A program made the translations under genes and the position numbers. A stretch of DNA of 64,000 bases. Source: Azolla caroliniana (Eukaryota > Plantae > Polypodiophyta). The notes beneath the pieces are model-generated. The model did no database searches. It saw only the letters and a list, made by a program, of their open reading frames with translations, and was not told the origin of the DNA. The stretch is taken from contig JBHGNT010000007.1 of NCBI GenBank assembly GCA_043228905.1, positions 21,762,001 through 21,826,000 of the forward strand. Reading direction: 5' to 3'. Below are positions 50,578-62,171 of this stretch, one piece after another (within the stretch, counting starts at the first letter, position 1; each line of letters begins with the position of its first letter).

Positions 50578-52043
50578 CCGAAAGCGGTGACGTTGACGCC
50601 CATGTTCGGGCCAATCCCCATGTTAAGGGGCAACCTAACACCTATTTTGAGGGGTATGGTCTCCACAGCAGGCTGCAAATCCCCTACAGGATTCTCAGCC
50701 GGTCATTCCCGACCCGCTTCAAATAGATCCCGCGATACATTTGTGCTCCGAAGCGGTGGCACCTCTTGCATCCCTCTATCTAAGAGAGGCATCGCCAAAC
50801 CAGGTGTTGGTCGGCCTATCTTACCCTTTCCCTTGTCCTTGAGCTTGCCCGTCCGGATCCACGATTTCACTAATCTGAGGCCACTACCACCTTCACGTTC
50901 CAGCGGGAGGGGGGCCTTTGCCAACTTCTCTTTCGGGGTGGACGATACGAGTTGGGGTTGCATCTCCATCGGGGTAGAGAACACAAGTTCAGGCTCTCGT
51001 GGGGGAAGGCATGAGGAGTCGCATGGGGACAACATTGTTGCCAACGCTTGTGGGTCGCCATCCCCTAACCCTTGAAGAGGTGTAAATCTATTGGTAGCTC
51101 TCCCCTGTAGGTCAGGTGCATCAACACTCCCGGAGAGGATCTTTACCCGTTTCAAGGGTTGCTCGTCTGCGCTTGCTGGTGACAAGGTAGCGGGACTTCT
51201 TTCAAAGGGGTGGTCACGAAAAAGGGTGGAAGAGGATGCACCTAGGCCTCCAAGTTTCCCCTTCTTCTTAACGGGTATCCAAGGAGCCTCGTCACCCTTG
51301 GTTGGCCCAACTTTGCCCGAGGGTCGAGGTCCCGAGCTTCCCTTTCCAATCTTGTGAGGACACGCCTTAGCTAGGTGTCCTGTCTGTTTGCAAATGAAAC
51401 ACTGCCCCGGGAGTCCCTCGTAACCCACTTTCACCACTGTGAGACCTAGCTCCTCAGAGTAGAGTCTAATCCTCGATGGAAGTCCTTGGAGGGAAGGCAC
51501 CAAGATGCGCAACTTGGGCACCTCCGCAACTGTGTCTGCCATTGACATTTTTTGAGGACATATCATCCCTATTTGTTCGCCAAAAAGAGGGAGCAGATGG
51601 CACAAATGAGGAGGGAGGCCGGGAAATGTTGCGTTGATCACCTTAGGGTTGTTGAGTTTCCGTAACTCTTCAATCGGATTGAACCCTGGTGATCATGGCT
51701 GGAGCATCACCTTGCCGTACTTCAGTTCGAGTACCTTGAGCTCGACCAGTGGTTGCGCCAGCGAGCCATTACCTAATTCGATGTGGAAGAAGTTTTTCCC
51801 TAAACCCCTGACACTCTTGATCACAAGCATGTTCTCCATCACAGCCACCTGGAACATGTCCCGAACCATTCCCCGACTTGGTCTACCTGCCAGAAACCTA
51901 CATATGAAGGAGGTACGCCGTAGACGTTCGATTTCCTCCGATAAGAAACGGTTGGCCTCAGGGGACAACGTAATGTCGAGATCTGAACCACCTTCTTCAT
52001 CGAGCAAACTGGTCGTTGGTGGAAGCACGATTCCTCCCTCCAT
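50574..52043 (-). pseudogene. LINE ORF1 (nucleic-acid chaperone, CFICKQTGHLAKAC zinc knuckle), two premature in-frame stops
   Basis: ORFs 52043-51693 and 51641-50703 share a frame, which continues open to TGA at 50576-50574. Confidence 0.8.
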
Positions 52044-52959
52044 AGCGAGTTATGTGTCTTGCGAGGCTATCTATGTAGGTCTTCCCTTCCCCCTTTGTGT
52101 TGTGTGTTTTTTAATTAATTAATTAATGTACGTTTTCTGGTTGGGGGAGGGAGGGAGGATTGTGGGTGTGGGAGTACCTGGACAACAGTTGGCGTTGTGC
52201 TCCTGCTCCTGCTTTGGTGGACAGCGCGCGCGTTCTTCATCGTGCACTTGTACCTACACCTGCGCCTACTCCTGTTCGCCCTGTCTGCGCGCCCTGTTCT
52301 GCTGCTCCCACTCCACGCTCTGTTGCTGCTCACACTCCCGCCATCGCAGGTAAATGTGTGTTTTAAATTGTAGCTCCATTGTGCATACGTATTTCTTGAT
52401 ATGAGAGGTCGGTCTATAGCTTTTAATGTTAGTATTTAATTTTTATTAATTATAATTTTTTGTTATTATTATTATATTATGTATGTATCTATTTATTTGT
52501 TTCAATATTGTTATTAAACTCTTATAATTTATTCTAACTTTGTTTGCTTATTTGTTTTACTATTACTATTATTATTCATTAAAATTTAAAATTTATTATT
52601 GAATCTTAATTTCTTCTTCTTCTTCTTCTTATTAAGGTATTATTACTATTATTATCTTATTTATTTGCTTATTTACTAATGATTTAAATCATTTTGTTTC
52701 TAAAGGTTGCATTTGTGGGGCCATCAATGTTTGGGCATACGTCAGTTTCATTGAAGATTGTTAGCAAATTATATCAATTCAAGCACGATTTTGACAGTCA
52801 TGCATGACCATGGGTTGACAATTTTTAGCATTAAAGCATTTCAATGTGATAAGGACAAGACGATACTTGAGCAACAATTTGTCGCCATATTCATCATCGC
52901 TCCAATGTTTCATATGGTCGAATACTGCCACTTCAAAATAACATGTTGGGTTATTGATA

Positions 52960-53433
52960 CCATTGGGTGCGGTTCGGTTTCAAGGCAAAGAAACCGAACC
53001 GAACCATTTATTTAAAACAAAAACCAAACCGTTTATGAACTCTCAATATTTAAACCAAACCATTTAAGAAATAGTTGAAACCAAACCATTTAGGGAAAAG
53101 TTGAAACCAAACTGAACCATGTAATAAAAAATTTAAACCTAATCACTTAAATCAAACTAATTAAACATCTAAATAAACAAAAATACATTAAATTAAATAA
53201 GCATTTAAGTTAAATTTATTAAATCAATAAAAGAAATTGTAATTGAACCATTAAAGTAAATAAACATTTAAGTTAAATTAATTAAATCAATAAAAAACCA
53301 TTAAATCAATGAACTATTAAGGTAGAAAAAAAGTTAACCAAAAACCTATAAACCCGAGTTTTAGAATTGAACCAAACCGAAACCGAACCGTTTATTGAAA
53401 AACCAAACCAAACCAAACCCGTGTTTTGGCCTA
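52960..53433. mobile_element. Probable non-autonomous DNA transposon/MITE remnant with AAACCGAACC arrays
   Basis: Clusters of AACCGAACCG/AAACCAAACC at both ends around an AT-rich core; TIR and TSD not resolved. Confidence 0.45.
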
Positions 53434-53437
53434 TATG

Positions 53438-54110
53438 AATGATATGAAAAAACTCAGATCAAATTATTTTGAATTATGTTTTACTTCAAATTACATATAG
53501 AGCTACAATAGCAAGCATGAATTCATTTTTAATTCAAATGTCGATCCACAACAGCAATCATGAACTCATTTTTTACCATACCTGTGAAAATGCCATTCTA
53601 GTGTCTCGAGTTTCAATGGATGATATGATGAAACTCAGATGCAATTATTTTGAATTATATTTTACTTCAAATTATTGAGCCACAATAGCAAGCATGAATT
53701 CATTTTTAATTCAAATGTAGATCCACAATAGCAATCATGATTTCATTTTTGACCATACCTGCGAAAATGCCATTCTAGTGTCTCGAGCTTCAATGGATGA
53801 TATGAAGAAACTCAGATCCAATTATTTTGAATGATATTTTACATCAAATTATAGAGCCATATAGCAAGCATGAATTCATTTTTAATTCAAATGTTGATCC
53901 ACAACAGCAATCATGATTTCATTTTTGACCATACCCGTGAAAATGCCATTCTAGTGTCTCGAGCTTCAATGGAGTCTTTGAGCTGCAATGTGAATGATAA
54001 GAAATAATTTCATTTGAACATACCTGCAAAAATGCAATCATGAATTCATTTGACCATACCTGCGAAAATGCATTCTTCTAGTGTCTCGAGCTTCAATGGA
54101 ATCTTCAAGC
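53438..54110. repeat. ~180-bp tandem repeat, 3 copies plus a partial
   Basis: GATGATATGA..AAACTCAGAT..AATTATTTTGAAT...CTAGTGTCTCGAG(T/C)TTCAATG units starting at ~53439, 53619 and 53796. Confidence 0.9.
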
Positions 54111-54601
54111 TGCAATGGCAGCTTCGATTGTTGATAGCCGCCATGTGAACAATAAGAAATGAATTAAATTGATTGATTGATTGATTAAGCTTAGTTACTA
54201 CCTCCACTGCGAAGCTACCTGCAGAAATCGAGCGATATGTTGCTTTTTCACGGATCTGAGCATGAATATGTGGTGTGTTTACTCCATCGAAGTTGTAAAT
54301 GAACAGTAATTTCTTTCTTTCTTTCTTTCTGAGGAGTCGCGTGTGCTTTCACATGTTGCGATCCGGTTTTTCAAGGTGGGACATGGCGGAATTGAATACA
54401 GTGTGCCAATGATTTGCAGATTGAAAATGTTTCTGTTCTGACTCCATCATCACATCCATCCATGTGGTAGAGATCAAGCAAAGCAAGTCGTGTGGGCCCT
54501 TTCCATCCATCCATCCATCCATGCCTTCTTCGTACATATCAGTATACATAACACACAGACAAATCAGAAACTCGCAGACAAACTCACAAACTCACAGATC
54601 A

Positions 54602-55299
54602 ATGGCTACATCTGGCGCGGAAGAATCAAAGGCTTCCCAAGTCTTTTTGTCTGAATCCATGAGATTTATTGGTTTCCTATCAGAGATCACGACGCCCCGG
54701 CAAGTGGCTGGCCGTTTCACAGTCAGCAAGGCCTCTTCCCAGGTAATGGTACCTTCCATCCCTTCTAAGAATCAAGGTTTTAGGGTTTAGGGTTTGTGGA
54801 TCAATTCACATATGATCCATCCATCCATCCATGGTGCTAAACCCTAGATACTAACATTAAAATTACACACAAACCCTAACACCAACAGTAGTTGGATCCC
54901 CTACCACTACCATTACCATTACCACTACAACTAACCCTAACCCTAACCCTAACCCAAGCCCTGGCCCTAATCTTAACCCTAACCCTAACCCAAGCCCTAG
55001 CCTGGCCCCACCCCTAGGCCTAGTCCTAATTCTAGCCTTAAAACTAACACTCACCCTAACCCTTGTGTCCAAGGATAATTAACACCTTTGCAAACTTTCA
55101 TTATAGTCTTTTAATGTGCTTCACGGGGGAGTGTCGGCACTGATCGCGAAGACGCTCTCCGGCGCCCGGAGCATTCCTTGCGGCAGGTCACCAACGTGTG
55201 GCAGTGATCGAGCTCAAGATCAACCACTTGAAAGCGGCGCCCATCGGAACCGAAATCTTTGTATTGGCCGAGCTTGTTCACACTGGACGAAGATTACAT
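54602..55299 (+). pseudogene. DHNAT: 1,4-dihydroxy-2-naphthoyl-CoA thioesterase-like (hotdog/4HBT) gene; frameshifted, 3' exon not in window
   Basis: Exon 1 54602-54742 (..IGF..VAGRFTVSKASSQ). Exon 2 55107-55299 (FNVLHGGVSALIA, then after a +1 shift GAFLAAGHQRVAVIELKINHLKAA..TGRRLH). Confidence 0.75.
54930..55063. repeat. Degenerate (CCCTAA)n telomere-like array in the DHNAT intron
   Basis: CTAACCCTAACCCTAACCCTAACC...; TTTAGGGTTTAGGG also at ~54779-54792. Confidence 0.85.
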
Positions 55300-55528
55300 G
55301 TAGGCATGATCAATGGCCCCAATCTTTGATCGATCAAGGGTTTCATAAATGATGTGTGTTTGTGTTTGTGTGTGTATGTTGTTTGACAAATGCATCATGG
55401 TATTAGTCATAATATGAACCATACGTATCATACATACATTTGCATTCGTGAATGTTTCAATCATTTGATCATGGTAAACACCCTCGAAAAATGGTAAATA
55501 CCATACTTATTATAGATCATAATACTAA

Positions 55529-55961
55529 TGTAAGCTTAAGATAAGGATAATGAAAAGATAGATAGAAAGGAGAAAGAGAAAGAAGGGTGCCGATCCACCC
55601 GACCACCCCCGAGCGAAGGGATCGAGACGGACTCGAGCCTCGATCGGCGTCCCATACCACCGCCGTGGCGTCGAGTCGTACCTGGTGCTGGCGCGCTTGC
55701 TACAAGAGTTGACCCACCACACGAGCAGAGTCTCGATGTAGTCAAAAGATGATCAAATGAGGGTAGCTAGGCCTCTTATTTATAGCGATACCCAAGGCCC
55801 CCAGGCAAGTTCACACTTGACCTAATGGGTTGTCTCAATCCCGAGGATAAAAGTAATCCTCCCCTTCTTTACACTCTCATTTAACACTCACACTTATCCA
55901 CGTGTATAGATTACTACGGTAAATTCTTACCACGGGATATTATATGGTCATGCCCGTAACA
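55529..55961 (-). repeat. 3' LTR (433 bp) of the chromovirus
   Basis: Minus strand reads TGTTAC...CTTACA directly after the PPT; contains TATAAATA. Confidence 0.8.
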
Positions 55962-58900
55962 TACTCCCCCTCTTTAAAACATTGCACTCTTGCAATGGAA
56001 AGTTAGGGAAGTTAGTTCTAAGAGTATTTTCGCGTTCCCATGTGGCATCTTTTATTGATTTATCCATCCATTTTATTTTAAATTCTTGGATTTCTTTAGT
56101 ACGTAATTTTTTTGTTTTAACATCGAGAATTCTTTCTGGTACATGTGGTTTAGAAGATAATTCTTCAGAAGTAACCAGAGTTTCAGTCGTAACTGTATTG
56201 TCGCCAGAACCTAGAAGTTCTTTTAGACGACTCACATGAAAGATTGGATGAATTCCAACACCATCGGGAAGAGCGAGACGATAGGCTGATGACCCAATGC
56301 GTTTGAGGACTGTAAAAGGTCCACAAAACCATGGGGCTAACTTAGCGCACTTACCCGTAGACAATGTCTTAGAATTGTGAGGTACACGTAAAAATACCTT
56401 CTGTCCAGGGTTGAATACACGAGGTTGCCGATGATGATCGGCATAAAAACGCGCTCTATCTTGAGCTGTTTTTATATTATCTCGTGCAATATGCAACATA
56501 TCTTGCATATCCCGAAGAAAGTTTTGCGTACTTCGCAACTTATCATGATGTATAGTAACATCAATCGGGGCTCGTGGCTGAAAACCATACATCAACATAA
56601 AAGGACTATATCCCGTCGACGTATGCTTGGAGCTGTTATAAGCAAACTCCAAAATTGGGAGATAACGTTCCCATTTTGTTGGTTTTGCACCAACGTATGC
56701 TCGAAGCATGTCCTCAATAATTTGATTTACTCGTTCTGTTTGTCCATCGGATTGAGGATGATCCGTGGAGCTCATGCTCAACGTAGTTTCTAACTTCTTA
56801 AAGACTTGTGTCCAGAAGTCACTAGTAAACTTTGGATCTCGATCACTCACGATATCCATCGGTAACCCATAAAAACGAAACAATTCGTCAACGAATTGGT
56901 AAGCCAATTCAGGAGCTGTTACCGTGGTTTTAGTAGCAATAAATCTGACCATTTTAGTTAGTCGATCAACGACAACCCAGATGGCATCATGACCTTTTTG
57001 GGTGCGAGGAAGGCTAACAATAAAATCCATGGATATACTTTCCCACTTATTATTGGGAATGTCCAAGGGATGTAAAAGTCCTGCGGCTTTAAGTCGCTCG
57101 GCTTTGTTAACCTGACACTGGTGACATTTAGTCACATAGCTATGTATGTCAGGACGCATCTTAGGCCAATAAAATTGAGTGGAGATGAGAACGAGTGTAC
57201 GATGTATTCCAGGGTGCCCTGCTGAGGGTGCATCATGGCATTAAAAAAGAATCCTCTTTTTGACCTCGGGTAAATCTGGAACACAAACCTTCCCATTACG
57301 GTAGAGCAAACCGTTAGCAATGTGGAAGTATTCCTTCGAGGATGTGGTGGTGTCTGTTCCAGACTCAACTCTTGCCCAGTATTTTGCGAAATAACTGTCA
57401 TCAGGATACTTTCCTCGAAGGTGATCATAAAGATCTGATGATATTTCAGTGAAGCTAAGCGTGTTAACTTCACGGATGCGACTTAGTGCATTAGCGACAA
57501 TGTTCATGGAACCTTTACGATATCGTATGGAAAAATCAAAGTCCTGGATGAGATCAGCCCATCGTGCCTTACGACCTTTCAGGTCTTGTTGGTCACAAAA
57601 ATATTTCAAGGACTCGTGGTCCGTAGTTACCACAAAGTGATTTCCATAAAGATAATGGCGCCATGTTTTGAGCGCATGTATAATTGCAAATAATTCCTTT
57701 TCTTGAACGGTATACCGACATTGAGCAGAATCAAGTTTCTTACTCTCGAAGGCTATTGGTTTACCATCTTGATACAAGACAGCACCTATAGCATAATCGC
57801 TTGCATCGGTTTCAACCTCAAAAGGTTTTGAAGGATCAGGTAAAAGAAGTGAAGGAGCCTTGCAAACTAGGTCCTTGAGTTCCTTAAATGCAAGGTCTAG
57901 TGTAGCATTCCACACAATAGGTTTTGTAGACTTACGCGTTTGACCTTTTAAAAGATCAGTAAACAGCATCGTCAATTGGGAGTAATTACGAAGAGACTTT
58001 CGCAAAAACCCCACAAAACCAAGGAATGATCGAACTTCTCGAATATTCCGAAGAGTGGGCCAAAGCTTGATTTTCTCACTGCGAGAAGGATCAATTTCAA
58101 TTCCTCGTTCGATTATGAGATGTCCTAGATAAGTAATTGATTTCTTGAAGAACTCACATTTTGAGATCTTCGCATAAAACTGTTTGTCACGCAATGTTTG
58201 TAAAACAAAGCGGACATGTCTAGCATGTTCTTGTAATGTACGGCTATATACTAAAATATCATCCAAGAAAATAACGACAAATTTTCCAAGTTGTTCTCGG
58301 AAAATGTCATTCATTTCTTGTTGAAAAGTAGCCGGAGCATTGGTCAAACCAAAAGGCATAACCAAAAACTCGTAATGGCCATAGCGCGTACAAAATGCCG
58401 TTTTAGGAACATCGTCCTCACTTATTCGTATTTGATGGTAGCTAGTACGGAGATCAAGTTTCGTAAAATACCGAGCTCCCTGGAGACGGTCAATTAGATC
58501 GTCAGCCTGGGGCAATGGATACGAATTCTTGATCGTCACTTTATTCAAGCGTCGGTAATTAATACACATACGCCATGTGCCCTCTTTCTTTTTAACCAAG
58601 AGAACTGGTGCACCCCATGGAGATTTACTATAACGTATATAACCCATTCGTAAATAGTCCTTGAGTTGCTTAGATACCTCATCTTCTTCGGATCGACTTA
58701 AGCGATACGAAGGTATACTTATTGGTGCAACACCAGGTACAATATCTATACGATGGTCTATATTACGTTTAGGAGGTAACCCATCAGGTAGTTCACTTGG
58801 AAAAACATCATGAAAATCATTTAAGATTTCATCAAGTTGTTGTTGTTCAAAATATGTTAATTGAATCGGGACATTATCGATATTGTAAACGTGAATGTCC

Positions 58901-61461
58901 GGATCAAGTACACAATAAAATAACGTAGAACAAGACAACTTGGATATTGATGGACACGAGGAAACAATCGAGAGGGATTGTTTTTTTACACATTGAATAA
59001 AATGCGTACAATCGTTCAGTACAAAAGAAATGGAATGACGAATCCAATCAATCAATAAAGAAGAGTTTTTATTATAAAACCAGGGATAACCCAGTATTAC
59101 ATCGGTGGTACAAAGATTCATTACATGGAAGTCTACTTCCTCTATATAAGTATCAATAGAAATTCCTAATGAATGAATCGCCCCGTTGATGTATTGTACT
59201 CTTCCATCAGCCAAGTGCACCGTGTAGGTGTGATCACTTACGGTGGGTTGGATTCCCCATATCTGAACCAAACGATCATTCACAAAATTGTGTGAGCTTC
59301 CTGAATCAAATAAAAATTGTACGGGAGATCCATTGATATACCCGTCTGCACGTAGTAAATCATTGGGACCCAATACATAGTGAGGGAAAGAACATTGACA
59401 ATTACTTAAATGATGTGTATAGACCTGAAGGACATTAGGAATCTGACCTTTATGGTCTGCAGCTTTAGCTTTGTTGTCGTGCTCTTTCCGTTGGAGCTTT
59501 CGACATTGATCTTTTGTATGACCCTTCTTTTTGCAGAATACACAAAAAGGATGTTGTCGCTTACAATCGCGATCCAGGAATTCGTTGGGTGTCTTGCGTT
59601 TCCCAACAAATTGCGACTGCTTAGTCCCGGGCGCTTCGTTGGGTTTGTTATGGTCCTTCTTCGAAGTGCGTTGATAGCGAAGAACTATTTCAACGGCCTC
59701 TTCGAAGGATTTTGGATCCTTATCGTGCACTATCCAGTGATAGTCCGAATTGGGGATGCCATTGACAAAACAAGCTATCAACCAATTGTCCCCTTCTAGA
59801 CCCGATTTTTGGATTTGGGTTCTAGCATGGTGAACATAGTCTTCTAGCGAGGAAAATTTCCTGCTAGAGAGGTTCATTAAAGCTTGTGCTGCCTCGGTTC
59901 GAGAGGGAGGTTGCAGAAATTGGCCCTTAAAAACCGTGACAAAATCTGTCCAGGTATCGGGCAATTTCCCCATAGTACAGAGGCCACGCCACCAGGCGGC
60001 GGCCTTACCCCCGAGTTCTCGGCCGACATATGCAATCTTCGTACTATCTGGCGTGGGATAGAGCTCAAAATGAGACTCCCATCGTCCCAGCCATGTGCAG
60101 ATTGCTTCTTCGGTTCTTTCCTTTTTGTCTCCCGTAAATGGCTTAAGGACAAATGATGGTTCACCTTGTCGCTCATCAGGTCTATTAGTCTCACGTTGTA
60201 GACTAATGACACGTGCCTCAAGAGCACTCTGAGATTGCCGAAGTTCGGTCATCTGTTGAGCGGTGAAACTAAGAAATTGGGTTATTTGTGCCAAATACAT
60301 CTCAGTGGACATTTGTCCAGGAGGATTCCCTTGAGTTCCTTCCGCTTGAGCGGATGACATCGGGTCGTTAATTTGAGCCATTAAAGATAATTTCTGGAAA
60401 AGAAATAGGATAAGGTCAGAGATATAGTCATAACATCTTGTCGTGATGTAAACATATCATGGGCGAGCATTAATCGATATCATTATCTCACGTCAATACC
60501 CCTCTAGACGTATGAGATGAGGTTCAAGATCAGGTTACTATGGTAACACAAAGGTGTTTTAAAAACCATGGGGGTGACAAATAAATGTCTTTCCCTGATC
60601 TCTATATCGATTTTTTTTATGGTGGCTCCCCGAGGCTCAACCATGTCTCAACCATGTATGTTCGCGTCATGAATAGTTTATACATGAAAAAAAATGTTAA
60701 CAATAAACTATGTTTCGGTGCCCACATAAGTGGTTTCGGCTCTTTAAGTCCTATTACGAGGACCCCGAGGTGCACTTAGACCTTAAGTCTAAACATGTGG
60801 TATAGTCATATGTATCAAGGATGTTGTATGGTCTTGGTCATATTTGAACTCGAGACTTCGAGAACAAATACATTAAACACTTGAGCCAACCAAGTAAGTT
60901 GGTCTTCTCGAATGTTTAATGTTTGATGCGTATAAGAGATATGCGAGGCAATTGATCATATATGTTTTTTTAAAAGAACATATATGTCAAGGGTCCTTAT
61001 TTCGCCCTCATTTACCAAAACTATGTTGGTACGTTACCTAACCTCAAGTCTCGTAATTACGATGGCATACGCCAAAGTGCAACCTAATGGTCAAGCCAAA
61101 TGAGCCCTCGTTTCGTAGTAGGCTCATGTGGGCCATCACATGGTCACGTCATTACGAATGCCTCTCGTAAGAACGAGCTCATGGTGGCATCGTATCCATG
61201 TAACGAGGGAGGGATGTTGGATACGTGCGTCATTGGAGCGACCTCACTTGAAGTGGGTCAAGCCCTACGTACTCAACATCATTATGGCTATTGCGTTTCT
61301 TTACGTAACGAAATCGAGGTCATCAACGGGGTTGTCAACAATAAAAAATTGTTGAAAATGGGATGGTGACAACGCCATTCTCACAAAAATGTGAGGACGG
61401 CCACCAACATCCTTTTCCCGACCATGACAACTTTCGATATAATCACGTAATAACGAATATA
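55529..61461 (-). mobile_element. Chromoviral Ty3/gypsy LTR retrotransposon (gag-PR-RT-RH-INT-chromodomain); 5' LTR not in window
   Basis: ORFs 60381-57241 and 57159-55948 are one frame split by a single [46 protein letters not shown], chromodomain ..ATWERE. PPT AGAGGGGGAGTA. Confidence 0.95.
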
Positions 61462-62161
61462 TGTTGGGAATCCACGCTTCGATTCACCTTCTTCTTCCCG
61501 GCCACAACCGAGTAATCGCGATTCAATGCAGCAGAAAATAGGAAATACAGAGAAAGACACGATACACAGGGATTAACGTGGAAAACCCTATACGGGAAAA
61601 ACCACGGGAGTGCAAGACTCCAACTATCACTATGAACAGGGATGTACAATGGTGAAGCTACAAGGCAACAACCTTGTGCTCACTGTCTTCGCCACAGGCG
61701 GCGGCAATACACAGAGGCAACGACCTCTTCCTTACTCTTCCTCTCTCACTCTCTCTCGGCCGCTCTCACTTCGCTTCCTCTCAGTGGAAAACAGAAAATG
61801 AGCAACAACATAAACTGTTTGCCCTAAGTCATATTTATACACGTATGACTTTCGGGCTATTTACAAATATAGCCTCAAGGGCCCTTAGCAAACATATTCA
61901 CAAATATGTCCCCGCATCCGGATCTCTCTCCGGGTACATACGTCATCCGGCTCCGTAACCGGGGTCTTCAGCATCCGGCTCCGTAACCGGGGTCTTCAGC
62001 ATCCGGCTCCGTAACCGGGTACTCTTCATCCGGCTCCGTAACCGGGTACTCTTCATCCGGCTTCATGCCGGGTACTCTTCATCATACGGTTCCGTAACAG
62101 CCTCCGGGCTTGCCGTCATTCATCTCCGGACATCCCATCCGGAGGGACCGAAATCCCAACA
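61462..62161 (-). repeat. 3' LTR (700 bp) of the copia element with an internal 26-28 bp tandem array
   Basis: Termini TGTTGGGA...TCCCAACA; CATCCGGCTCCGTAACCGGG units at ~61944-62080. Confidence 0.9.
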
Positions 62162-62171
62162 AACTCCCCCT

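Larger units (their letters stand above)
46078..52347 (-). mobile_element. Full-length L1-clade LINE (ORF1 DUF4283-like + CCHC; ORF2 APE endonuclease-RT-zf-RVT), poly(A) tail, TSD
   Basis: T13 at 46078-46090; TSD AGGTAAATGTG(C/T)G at 46065-46077 and 52348-52360; MRILTWNVQGL, GDFN, SDH, WRPITILN, QGCPLAPYL, YADN, CPLC..HCLWDC. Confidence 0.95.

Noticed and set aside
61944-62080. CRISPR-like array of 26-28 bp repeats
   Set aside because: Plant LTR context, no unique spacers, no cas genes.
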